Positions 12,609-24,252 of a stretch of 64,000 nt of DNA are shown piece by piece. Position numbers and translations under genes: made by a program. The stretch comes from Callorhinchus milii. Its lineage: Eukaryota. Position 1 is the stretch's first letter. Each line of letters starts with the position of its first letter. Under the pieces are notes generated by a model. It was not told the DNA's origin. It was given only the letters and a program-made list of their open reading frames with translations, and did no database searches. The DNA lies in the NCBI RefSeq assembly GCF_018977255.1, contig NW_024704743.1:88414001-88478000 (forward strand). Direction: 5' to 3'.

Positions 12609-12678
12609 CTTGGGATTGGAATGCAGTACTTCTGATCTGAGGAGTGTGATCTGTCCTCACGAAGAGGAAGCGGAGACA

Positions 12679-12970
12679 CTGGAACGCAGAGCTCGTTTGA
12701 ACACTTGGTCATTGGGCACAGGCCGAGCGATCCGGTCACCTAAATTGCTTGGGTGGTCGCAAAGCCATGGTTCAGGTCCACATTGTCCTTTGACAATTTG
12801 GAGCCTAGAAGAATTTATGGAGTAATTGGAGCTCGTCTGTGGGGACAACCCTCATTCCCTAAATTGAACATTTCGGTTTAATTCGGCTAATGGGGGTGAG
12901 CAGGCCTAACCTCGCTAACCAATAAAAAAAACAGGAGTGGGCTTCACAGCTTCCAATTGTAATTCATAAA
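12679..12970. repeat. Unclassified ~290-bp repeat, copy B (upstream of the U2 fragment on the minus strand)
   Basis: Direct repeat of 10731-11020. Confidence 0.85.
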
Positions 12971-13089
12971 TATCACCATTCACAAGTTTCCAATTTGTTC
13001 CAAATTGAGAAAAATTAATTTCCATCATTAAACATTGTTTTCATATATAATTGTTTTGAAATACAAAAATGTTTGAATTCTAATTGGCA

Positions 13090-13600
13090 AAAAGTAATAT
13101 TCATCATCTACCCTAAAGCCCTGCTCAGCAGACTTCCTAGCTCCTCCTAATTCAGAAGTCTGCCCGCACCAGACTCTGTAACCACCATCCCCACCCTCAC
13201 CAAGTTCACTGGCTCGCAATCCCCTATCAAATCAAATTCAAAATCCGTGACTTCATTTTTAAATCCCTGCACCGTCATATCCCACACTACTACTTCCGTG
13301 AGTCTACTATTCTGGTCCCTCGCTACGCTCAGCAAATAACAGCCTGCATTTTGTGTCCTACTCGATTTGTCCCACCATTAGCAGAGGAGCTTTCAGCCTC
13401 TCGCTCTCTGGAACTCCATCTACCAGTCCTTCCACATTGCTGCCTCCCTCTCTGTCTTCAAAACCCACCTTAAGAACTATCTTCAACTGCCCTTTTGGCC
13501 AGAGTACCTATACACTGCCCCTCCACAGGTTCCCAGACAGTTGGGTGAAGTGATTTTTGACATTCCAACATGAAAGTAGTTCTATAAATGTAAACAGTTG
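13090..13600 (+). mobile_element. L2 LINE 3' fragment, decayed
   Basis: LHWL-like region and L2 tail remnant. Confidence 0.6.
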
Positions 13601-14784
13601 TGGCAATGCTATTGAGAGAGTTCAAACATCTGTGTTCTTTTCGCACGAGTATGAACATCATTCATTTCCAAATCTCTATTTATTTAGCGACTAGGTGAAG
13701 AGCCGAGATCAACTGTGTAGTACACTACTGAAATTGAAGAGTAACAGAGATACACAAGAAGTTAAATAGTGTGGGGCTCCAGATGCGGATTTTCAAAATA
13801 CTGTATGTGCATTCCATAAAAGGAAGGGAAGTAAGGCGTTCCTGTCATGAGATCCTGGTAACCAATGAGCTGAAGAAAAAGGTAGTGTGCTGAAATTTAT
13901 TTGGAATTAGAGATGGCAGAGAAGAGGATGTTTGGAACAGTGTATTTAACCCGAGGGAAGAATGAAAGAGGAAAGTTGGGAGAAATGATAATCATAATAG
14001 TATTCACAATATAGACACAAAAAAGATAGTGAGAGCAAGGATGGACTCTAAAGGTTAGCAGGTCTCAGCTTGTTTGGTAGGAACATGTGAATTTAGGTTA
14101 ACAACCCAAACTCTGCTCTCCCATATGTTTTTCATGTTTTAAAGTTCTAGCTCAGGGGGCACTTTTCGACCTTCAGATTTATGCCCTCATATACTAGAAT
14201 AAAAATTACAATAAAGGTTTACATTTATAATAGGTGCTTTTCACGTCAAGAGGACATCCCAAGGCCCTTGACAATCCTGGCTGCGTATCCGAGCTGAGGG
14301 TGGAAGCCGAGGGAAGTGGGGATGTGACAGATCAAAGGTTCGATGCTTACTCTGAACCCCAGAACCACAATTTGGGCAGAGTATTTGAATTTGGGAAATG
14401 TTTTCTGGATTAATGCAGTCAGGCAGTCTAGCAGTATCTGACAATTGTGACAATATAGAGGAAGTGCATGGGAGGGAAGTATTGTAGAAGATTGCAGAGG
14501 TTGTGTAAGACAAGGTGGTAGAGGCATTTGCTGGTAAGAGTGAAGATTCCACTGGAGAATAGGAAGGTGATAGAGCCTGGCAAGGATGATCTCATGGAGA
14601 CTAATGCAGAAGGGATTGGACACACCTCAGGGAGAAAGCAAAGGAAGTAATGTTCCACTCTTTATTTCTCTCTACTACTCCTGGTGTAAATGGTATGCAT
14701 CACACAAAACTAGGATCAAGCTTGGATGTTATGGCCTCTCTATGCAGGTAAAGCCAGCTGCACATGGATACTTAAGAAAAGTAC

Positions 14785-17720
14785 AACAACAAAACTACAT
14801 TTGTAAAGCACCTTTCACGTCAAGAGGATGTGCCAAGGCGCTGAACAGTCAGGGATCAGGACCTGAGGGTGGGGGGGCACGGTGGGGATGAGGGAGGGCA
14901 GAGAGGTAGGAAGGCGGCTGAAGGCAAGGTTGAAAAGGTGGGTCTTAAGTCATGCCTTGAAAGATACCAGAGAGGGAGAAAGGCGAAGGGATTGTGGGAT
15001 GGAGTTCCAAAGGGTGGGGGCAAAGAGGCTGAAAGCCTGGCCACCGATGGTAGGGTGGGTCGGGCAAGCGACTTGGAGTAGGTCAGAGCCTGCTGAACGG
15101 AGGGAGCAGAGTTCTGGATGATATCCAGCTTGTGGAGGGAAGAGTTGGGGAGGCTGACAAGGAGGGAGTTTCCATAGTCAAGCCTTGAGGTGACGAATAC
15201 ATGTATGTGAGTATCGGCAGCCTGAGGGGTAAGGCAGTGGCGGAGTCGGGCAATGTTGTGGAGGTGGGGGAAGGCAGAGCTGGCCTTGGCATGGATATGG
15301 GGGAGAAAAGACAATTGAGGGTTGAACAAAACGCCCGGGTTCCTGACTGGCTTGGTAAGACAGAGTGTGCATTCATGGATGCTGATGTTGCCAGTACCTG
15401 AGGTCCTGAGGCGCTAGCATGAGCCAATCAGGAAGGCGTCAGTCTTGCTGACATTCAGCTGTAGAAAGTTGGCTTTCATCCAGGACTTGATGTCTGACAG
15501 ACAGTCTGTCAGGACGTCAGTTGTCCTGGAATTGAGGGTGGAGGCAGAGAGATAAGAGTTGGGTGTCATTCGTGTACATGTGGAAGCTGACCCCACAGAT
15601 GATGTCACCGAGGGGGAGCATGTAGAGGTTGAAGAGGGGACCGAGGACAGAGCCCTGAGGAATACCACACAAAACTGTGCAGGGACTGGAAGAGAAACCG
15701 TTTACGGGGAGACAAATTGGAGACAGTGTGAGAGATAAGACCTGAACCATTCAAGGACAGAATCTTGAAGATTGAGGTGATCAGAGGTGGTGGAGGAGGA
15801 TAGAGGATAGAGTGGTCCATGGTGTTGAAGATAGCAGAGAGGTTGAGGAGGACAAGGAGGCAAAGGGAGCCCTGGTCACAGATGGACAGGATGTCGTTTG
15901 TCACCTTGACCAGAGCAGTTTCCGTGCTGTGAGCAGCACGGAAACCCAATTGGAGAGGCTCGTGAAGGGAGTGGTAGGAGGGGAATGAGCGAAGCTGGAA
16001 AGCAACGTCTCTTTCAAGGACCTTGGAAAGAAAAGGGAGGTTGGAGATGAGCTGGTTGTTAGAAAGCAGGGATGGTTTCAGGGAAAGTTTTCAGGATGGG
16101 GGTGATCATAGCTGTTTTTAAAGTGATGGGAACCGTGCCAGATAATAGTGAGATTGATGGTGTCGGAGAGTAGAGGGGCGAGGAGGTGGACCTGGGAGGT
16201 GAGGAGAAGGGTGGGGATGGATCAAGGGAACAGATGGTGTGTTTCATGCTGGATATGGTGGTGATGAGAGAGGAGGGGGAGACAGGTTCAAAAATGTGGA
16301 GGGAGGGATGGGTATGGGTCGGAGTGTGGGGGGGAGATGGGGAGGGAGTGGCAGTTGGGAGAGTGGAGGCAGCTGAATGGATCCATTCGATTTTGGACTT
16401 GAGGGATTCCAGCATCTCCTCATAGTCAGAGCTTGAGGAGAGAATGGGCAAGGAATGGGAGAGTGGACGGAGGAACCGGTTGGTGGTGGAGAATAGGAGC
16501 CTGGGGTTGTTCTTCGCCTCCAAGATTATCTTGGAGTAGAAGGACGATTTGACAGAGGCAAGGGCAGAACAGTACATTTTGATGTAGTTCAGTCGGATCT
16601 GCCGTTGGATTGTTAGATCAGACTTGAGCCAGATGCGATCAGAGGCCCACACCTGACTCTTGAGGGAGCGAAGGTGGCTGGTATAACAGGGTAAGATTCG
16701 TGAGTAGGAAGTGGTTTGGGAGGTAAGGGGCGTAAGGGTATCATGAGTGGTGGAGAGGGAGTTGTGGAAGAGAGTGAGCGAGAAGGATAAGTCAGTGCTG
16801 GAGGTAGGCGAGAGGGGGAGGAGTTCTGATGACTTCAGGGCAGTGGAGAGTGATAGCATGGAGATTTTTTTCCATTTCAGGGGCAGTAAGAGATGGGTTT
16901 GGTGGTGATGGGGAGAGGGATTGAGGAGTTAAAGGAGATGAAATGGTGATTAGAGATGACTTTGTCTATGATTGTGATATCCGAGTCCTTAGGTAATCAC
17001 CAGGTCGAGTGGGTGGCCATGAACATGGGTGGCAGAGTGAATGTGAAGGGAGAGGTTGTGAGACGAGAGGAGAGAGAAATCCGAGCTGATGGAGCAGGAA
17101 GGGGTGAAGTGAAAGTTGAAGTCGCCGAGGATGAGGAGGTGTTCAGAACGGAGGAAGAGGGAAGCTCAAAGGGTGGAGATGTCAGAAATGAAGGTGGGGG
17201 AGGTTTTTCGGGGGCAGGGTAAATTAGGAGAATTTTGAGGGAAAGATTGGAGGGATGGTAGAGTGTAAGGTGTTCGAACAAGGGAAATGAGTCAGAACAG
17301 TAAGGGGATAGAGTAAGTGATGTCCTGGAGATGAGGTCCACACCACCGCCCACCACGGCAGTTGGGATGTGGGGTATAGTGAGAGGTATAGCCAGGTGGT
17401 GTGGGGGAAGGTGTTACCTGGGATGATCCAGGTTTCAGTGAGGGCCATGATATTGATATTTTCATTAACGATGAGGTCATTGATGGTCCAAGCTTTGTTG
17501 CAGAGGGAGCAGACATTTTGTAGACTGGTGCGGAGGGGACAGTTGCAAGGGGAATGTGTGAGACGGGAAGGGGTAATGGAGTGATTGGCAGGGAGAATGG
17601 AAATGCAGATGAGGGAGGAGAATTTGGCCCCCAGGGTCTGGGTCCAGCAGGGCTTGCGGTGATAATGGGGGATAGGGCAGTCAATGTGGCTGCTGCTGGA
17701 CAAAGGGGTTTCCAGCAACT
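14785..17720 (-). mobile_element. L2 LINE, long decayed ORF2 from endonuclease to 3' end
   Basis: SLQNVCSLCNK and MALTETW (EN); [20 protein letters not shown] and [10 protein letters not shown] (RT); SRLDYGN; L2 tail. Confidence 0.9.
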
Positions 17721-17799
17721 TCAGGAGAGAAGATGGAAAATTTGAGGAGGAAAAATTAATAGAAATTGCAAAATGATAAACACTGCTGTAAAAACTTAC

Positions 17800-17926
17800 C
17801 AAATAGGCCTGAGGTTATTTCGGAAATCAAGTTGCCATACAACTGGAGCTTCTGCAGTGATATCATGTGAAACAAAACCTCTGGAACATGTTGGAAGGCG
17901 TTATTTCCCAAATTGAGTTCTGTCAA
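17800..17926 (-). CDS. LRRC69: LRRC69 coding exon 2 (LTELNLGNNAFQHVPEVLFHMISLQKLQLYGNLISEITSGLF)
   Basis: ttctgtag| acceptor and |gtaagt donor; 127 nt, phase 0-1; two LRR units. Confidence 0.9.
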
Positions 17927-17964
17927 CTACAGAATGGTTACATAGATCTCCACATATTACAAAA

Positions 17965-18715
17965 AATAACAACAACAACTTGCATTTGTATAGCGCCCTT
18001 GACTCGGGGTAGGGTCCTCGAGCACTTGACAGTGACATAGTCTGACAACAAGCCAGGGGGAGAAGGAGGGGGAGGTGACTGTAAGCACGATCAAAAAGGA
18101 AGGTCTTCTGGTGGGATTTGAAGGTGGGGAGGGAGTGGGCAAGGCGGAGGGGATTGAGGGAGAGAGTTACAGAGTTTCGGGCCGAATGGTGGAACTGATG
18201 GAACTGAGCGCACGAGGGACAAATAGGAGACCGGAGCGGAGGCATCGGGTGGTGGAGTGGGGGGTAAGCGGGTCTGATAGTTAGGGAGGTGTGAGGGCAT
18301 GAAGGGATTTGAAAACGAGTGAGAGGATCTTGAAGTCGATCAGTTCAGTAATTGGGAGCCAGTGGAGCCTGGTCAGGACTGGTATGTTTGGGGCATGGAA
18401 TTTTGTGTGGGTGAATATCCAAGCAGTGGATTTTTTAATTAACTGGATTTTGTGTATGGTGGAGTTGGGAAGACCAGCGAGGAGGGCATTAGAATAGTCC
18501 ATCCGGGAAGTGACAAAGGTGTGGACGAGGGTTTCGGCTGCGTTGGTTGTGAGGTACGGAGTGAGGTGGGCAACGTGACCGAGATGTAACAAAGCGGTCC
18601 TGGTCAGGGAACGGATGTGGAGTAGAAAGGAAAGCTTGGGATTGAACCTGACACCTAAGTTGCGCATGGGTTTGGTGAGTCTGAGGGAGAGCCCGGGGTG
18701 GTTGAGGAGTTCAAA
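17965..18715 (-). mobile_element. L2 LINE 3' fragment
   Basis: MRNLGVRF, TFVTSRMDYSN, LHWLPI; (TTG)n tail ends about 40 nt before the exon 2 acceptor. Confidence 0.85.
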
Positions 18716-18819
18716 CCCAAATGACATATTGGTGCAATACTGCAATAAAAACAAATAAGAGAAAATGGAATACAGAAGCTTTCTTGAAGGCGAAAGCAAT
18801 TCTCAGTTACCTTGTCCAG

Positions 18820-20794
18820 AGTCAGAGGTCGGGGTATAGAGTGTGTGGTCAGGGTACAGTCAGATTTTGGGGTACAGTCAGGGTTTGGGGTTGTGGTACA
18901 GTCAGGGTTTGGGGTTGTAGTATTCAGGGTTTGGGGTACAGGCAGGGTTTGGGGTATGGGCAGGATTTGGGGTTGGGATACAAGCAGGGGTTTGGGGATG
19001 GGGTACAGGCAGGGATTTAGGGTTGGGGTACAGGCAGAGGTTGGAGTACAGGCAGGGGTTGGGATACAGGCAGGGGTTGGGGTTCCGGTACAGGCAGGGA
19101 TTGGGGTACAGGCAGGGCTTGGGTTTGGGGTACAGGTTGGGGATGGGGTACAGGCAGGGATTGGGGTTGGGGTACAGGCAGGGATTGGGGTACAGGCAGG
19201 GGTTGGGATACAGGCAGGGGTTGGGGTACAGGCTAGCGTTGGGGTTGGGGGTGGGGTACAGACTGGGGTTGGGGTACAGGCTGAGGTTGGGGCTGGGGTT
19301 GGGATACATGCTGGGGTTGGGGTACAGGCTGGGGTTGGGGCTGGGGTTGGGATTGGGGCTGGGGTTGGGTAACAGGCTGGGGTTGGGGTTGGGGCTGGCG
19401 TTGGGGTTGGAGTTGGGGTTGGGGCTGGGGCTGGGTTTGGGGCTGGGGCTGGTGTTGGGGCTGGGGTTGGGGCTAGGGTTGAGTTTGGTGCTGAGGTTGG
19501 GGCTGGGACTGGGACTGGGGTTGGGGTTGCAGTTGGGGTACAGGTTGGGGCTGGGGTTGGGGTTGGGGTTGGGGCTGTGGTGGGGCTGGGGTACAGCCTG
19601 GGGTTGGGGCTGGCGTTGGGGCTGGGTTTGAGGCTGGGGTTGGCGTTGGGGCTGGGGGTTGGCGTTGGGGCTGGGGTTGGCGTTGGGGCTGGGGTTGGAG
19701 CTGGGGGTGCTGGGGTTGGGTGTGCTGGGGCTGGCGTTGGGGTTGGGGCTGGGATTGGGGTACAGGCTGGGGCTGGGGTTGGGGCTGGGGTTGGGGTACA
19801 GGCTGGGTTTGGGGTACAGTCTGGGGTTGGGGCTGGGGTTGGGGTACAGGCTGGGGTTGGGGTACAGGCTGGGTTTGGGGTTGGGGCTGAGGCTGAGGCT
19901 GAAGTAAGGGCTGGTGTTGGGGTTGGGGTACAGCCTGGGGTTGGGGCTGGGGATGGGGCTGGGTTTGGGTTTGGTGCTGGGGTTGGGGTTGGGGCTGGGT
20001 TGGGGTACAGGCTGGGGCTGGGGTTGGGGCTGGGGTTGGGGTACAGGCTGGGTTTGGGGTACAGTCTGGGGTTGGGGCTGGGGTTGGGGTACAGGCTGGG
20101 GTTGGGGTACAGGCTGGGTTTGGGGTTGGGCTGAGGCTGAGGCTGAAGTAAGGGCTGGTGTTGGGGTGGGGTACAGCCTGGGGTTGGGGCTGGGGATGGG
20201 CTGGGTTTGGGGGTGCTGGGGTTGGGGTTGGGGCTGGGATTGGGGTACAGGCTGGGGCTGGGGCTGGGCTGGGGGTACAGGCTGGGGTTGGGGCTGGGGT
20301 TCGGGTACAGGCTGGGTTGGGGTACAGGTGGGGCTGGGGTTGGGGTTGGGTACAGCCTGGGGTTGGGGTACAGGCTGGGGTTGGGGTACAGGCTGGGTTG
20401 GGGTACAGGCTGGGGTTGGGGTACAGGCTGGGGTTTGGGTACAGGCTGGGGTTGGGGCTGGGGCTGGGGTTGGGGTACAGGCTGGGTTTGGGGCGGAGTT
20501 GGGCTGGGGTTGGGGCTGGGGCTGGGGTTTGGGTACAGGCTGGGGTTGGGGTACAGGCTGGGGTTGGGGTACAGGCTGGGGTTGGGGTACAGGCTGGGGT
20601 TGGGGTACAGGCTGGGGTTGGGGTACAGGCTGGGGTTGGGGCGGAGTTGGGGCTGGGGTTGGGGTACAGGCTGGGGCTGCGGTTGGGGCTGGGTGTGGGC
20701 TGGGGTACAGGTTGGGGTCGGGTTGGGGCTGGGGTACAGGTTGGGGTCGGGGCTCAGGCTGGTGTTGGTGTTGGGGTCGGGTTGGGGTCGGGCT
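18820..20794. repeat. G-rich hexamer/18-mer tandem array (GGGGTT, GGGGCT, GGGGTACAGGCT) in LRRC69 intron 1
   Basis: Directly visible; about 2 kb; abuts the exon 1 donor. Confidence 0.95.
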
Positions 20795-20797
20795 GAC

Positions 20798-20971
20798 CTC
20801 TCTCAGTGTCTTTATCTCGGGGGGCAGGTCGATGAGGTAGTTGTTACTGATTCGCAGTGTCCTCAGTGCCTTCAGTTTGATCACTGCGATCGGCACCTGC
20901 TGCAGCTGCTTGTTGGTCAGATTCAGGGACGTGGAGTTGCCTCTGAGAGCGCGGAGCACCAGTTCCGCCAT
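20798..20971 (-). CDS. LRRC69: LRRC69 coding exon 1 (MAELVLRALRGNSTSLNLTNKQLQQVP...EIKTLRE)
   Basis: ATG at 20971 in GCGATGG context; LRR N-terminus; GAG|gtcag donor; 174 nt, phase 0; lies directly downstream of OTUD6B as in other vertebrates. Confidence 0.88.
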
Positions 20972-20990
20972 CGCCAGTCACCAGGCCCCG

Positions 20991-21036
20991 GTCTCCATGG
21001 CAACGGCTCCAGGCAACAACACGTCACCATGGCAAC
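20991..21036. promoter_or_regulatory. RFX X-box cluster upstream of LRRC69
   Basis: GTCTCCATGGCAAC (20991-21004), GGCTCCAGGCAAC (21005-21017) and GTCACCATGGCAAC (21023-21036) resemble the X-box consensus GTNRCC(N0-3)RGYAAC; the third matches exactly. Confidence 0.7.
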
Positions 21037-21059
21037 GTCAGCCACTCCCTCCTCCCCCC

Positions 21060-21925
21060 ACACTGCCCTTCACAGCTCCCTATACACTGACCATCCACCC
21101 TATACACTGACCATTCACCCTATATACTGACCATCCACCCTATACACTGACCATCCACCCTATACACTGACCATCCACCCTATACACTGACCATCCACCC
21201 TATACACTGACCATCCACCCTATACACTGACCATCCATCCTGTACACTGCCCATCCATCCTGTACACTGCCCATCCACCCTATACACTGACCATCCACCC
21301 TGTACTCACCGCGCCACCCTATACTCACCGCGCCACCCTGCACGCTCACGGCGCTACCCTGCACGCTCACCACGCCGCCCTGCACTGACCGCGCCACCCT
21401 GTACGCTCACCGTGCCGCCCTGTGCACTCACCGTGCCACCCTGTACTCATCATCCACGCTGTACTCACCGCCTGTACGCTCACCGTGCCACCCTGTACGC
21501 TCACCGCGCCACCCTGTATGCTCACTGTATGCTCACCGCACGCCCACCGCGCCGCCCTGTACGCCAACCACGCTGCCCTGTACGCCCACTGCGCTGCGGA
21601 CTGCCCTGTACGCCCACCATGCCGCCCTGTACACCCACTGTCCCATCTTGTATGCACTCACTGCGCCCAACCTACACACTCAGAGCGCCACCCTGTACAC
21701 TCAATGCGCCACCCTGTACATACTTATTCTGCCACTCTGTACGCGCTCACCTCACCACCCTGTACCCACTCACCGCGCCACCCTCTACGCACTTGCCGCG
21801 ACACCCTGTACGCTCTCACCGCACTACCCTATACACCCTCACTGCGCCACCCTGAACACACCTGCCGTGCCACGCTGAACACCCCCACTGGGCCACCCTG
21901 TACACCCTCACTGTGCCATCCTGTA
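21060..21925. repeat. 20-21 bp minisatellite upstream of LRRC69
   Basis: CCCTATACACTGACCATCCA grading into CCCTGTACGCTCACCGCGCCA and further variants. Confidence 0.95.
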
Positions 21926-22447
21926 CACATTGCTCACTGGGGGACAAGCACAATATCATGGCTCTGCCCATTCAAAGCAATGACCATAAAGGAAATGGTT
22001 GTTTCATTGTAACCGGGCCCTAGTGCATTTGGCTGTTTGTGTTACCTTCCTCAGTGGAAGTTGGCTTCTACTGCCAATTCTGTTCACTTCACAGAGCACT
22101 CAATCAGTTTCACATCTGTGCCATGTTAGCCCTGCGTTCCAGAACCACATGCTGGGCTGAGCATTTGAATTGGAGAAGCTGTTTTTCTGGGTTAATGCAG
22201 TCGGCCAGTCAGCAGTATCCGACAATTATGACAATATCATGTGCACAATTGAAAATAAAATGGGGGAGATTCCCCACACAAAACACAATTAATGAAGTCA
22301 CTTCTAAATGTAAAATCAAGCGACACCCACGGACACCATGAACCTGTGGAACTCCAAAGCAGGAAAAAAAGGAATTAGATGCCTTCAGAAAAGAGAGATA
22401 AATTGTTTGAGTAAATTGGCCAAAACAAAGAACTGATACATTGACCT

Positions 22448-22453
22448 TTTATT
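22448..22453 (-). promoter_or_regulatory. Candidate OTUD6B polyadenylation signal AATAAA
   Basis: TTTATT on the plus strand about 560 nt past the stop codon; not verified. Confidence 0.35.
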
Positions 22454-23014
22454 GTTGCTTCAATTCAAAGTCATCCCTGAAAATAAAATCTTGTACGATC
22501 GAACCAAGACGTGCGCACCGTTAAAATCTGCATTTCACCAGAGTTTGTTTTCACAATGGCACCAATAAATATATAAGTTTAGCACATTTGTGACATGGTG
22601 CTGAGTGTTAAATACAATTAAACAAATGAACTTGACAACCTCTTTTTACTGTAAAGTTCCTGGAAAAATTAAAACAGGCCTGAGAAAATCAGTGGATTCA
22701 TCCCTTTTCCTTTCTGGATCTACAATTTTTTTTGTCTCAATATGCACAGCATATACCGAAACAGCAAGATGACTGGAATTACCAAAGCTCGTGAACAGAT
22801 TAAGTAATGAATGTATAAATCTTCATTCATCTTCCGTTACATCAACTGGAGCTTCCTCATCTTCTCCTGACTGAATCATCCATCGAAGCAGAGAAATCAA
22901 AATCCAAATAAACAATTTTTTCAGCCCATACAGAAAAATGGAAAAACTGAAAAGGTCCAAATACTTTAAGATGTAAAAACTGAAAATTCAGATGGAAAAA
23001 TACTGCAATATTTA

Positions 23015-23096
23015 TTATGGATCTTCTGTTGGTTTGTCGGTCAGTTGCTCTACAGAGTTGTAATGTTCTCCTAATCCATATGCATGTCTCATATAC
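23015..23096 (-). CDS. OTUD6B: OTUD6B coding exon 7 (YMRHAYGLGEHYNSVEQLTDKPTEDP*)
   Basis: cacag| acceptor; OTU His box HYNS; TAA stop at 23017-23015. Confidence 0.93.
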
Positions 23097-24145
23097 CTGT
23101 GAATTAGAATTTGTTTTTTAAAAAAACTAACACATCATCAAGAATGCACAGAACATGATAGTTTTTACAGCAATCGAAAGAGCTTCAAAACACACGTCCA
23201 GATATTAACTTAGGGTGACACATTGGCTGCTGTGTTTTACCAGATTGGAATTCAAACAGCAAATTTTAGGCAGCTGATCAGTGTCTTCTGAACTCCCAAA
23301 ATACATGAAGTCCTGAAGCACACTTCAACCTGTTTTTCTGTTTAATATGCAGTATAGGTACAGTTCAGCTAACCAGTTCTATTTTGCTGATGTCAGATTA
23401 GACAGTGACACATAGCACATCATGCCCTGTTTCAATATCACATTGTGATCAGGAAAGCCACACTATCTTGACTTGCTGTTCAATTTCCCTTACTGTTATC
23501 CACGATTATTTTGGCATGTAAATTTGTTTTACAAAAGGTATCTCCTCCTTGTGGTGAAAGTATAATTTCTACTGAGTTCTATAATAATGGAGACAAAATA
23601 TTGGAAGCTAATTATAGCATATGTACTAATGATGACTGATATGGTGATAAACTCTTTCAGTTCCTACTGTGCCAAAGACACCTGCCCTGTGCACTGCAAG
23701 AATATTGTTTGAAGTGACTATATTTATAGGAAAATACAGCAGCCAATTTGTGCACAATAATGTCCCACAAACAACCATGAAGTGATTGGCCAATTTGGAG
23801 GAATTTTTGTCTATTACAGCAGCTGCCCAAGCTTTCTTGTTGCACCCTCTAAAACCCAGGAAGTGTGCTGCCTTGGACCATTGTCTTGGGATATTTTGCC
23901 CACAAAATATAGTTAATTCACTTTACAGTATATTCTGTGAAGTGCTTTGAGGTGTCTCAAAGACGTGATAAGGCACTATATCAAATGCAAGGATTATTAT
24001 TATTGTACTGAAATAATATGCAAATGTGTTACGAAACTCTTATGTACATATTACCTATCAAACATTATTCACACTTTTCAGTTTGATGCATAAACACAAT
24101 ATGCTGCACATATTATAGCAAGCAATAAGCACTCAAGATACTTAC

Positions 24146-24252
24146 ACTAGAATGATTGGTGTCCCTCTGTACTCTTCACCTATTGTTATTGGAGGGGAAT
24201 CTGCCTGTATAACCTCCACTGTCATTTTCAGAACATGTGATAAAGCTCTCAA
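24146..24252 (-). CDS. OTUD6B: OTUD6B coding exon 6 ([36 protein letters not shown])
   Basis: ttacag| acceptor and |gtaagt donor; 107 nt, phase 0-2. Confidence 0.93.

Noticed and set aside
18820..20794. Interstitial telomere
   Set aside because: Units are TTGGGG, CTGGGG and GGGGTACAGGCT, not vertebrate TTAGGG.
18902..20971. 689-aa ORF with PQ/NP repeats (extensin- or circumsporozoite-like) and overlapping Gly-rich plus-strand ORFs
   Set aside because: Only the first 58 codons are LRRC69 exon 1. The rest is read-through past a GT donor into a stop-poor tandem array that is open in most frames.
21060..21925. CRISPR-like regular repeat
   Set aside because: Contiguous tandem units with no unique spacers, no cas genes, and a vertebrate context.
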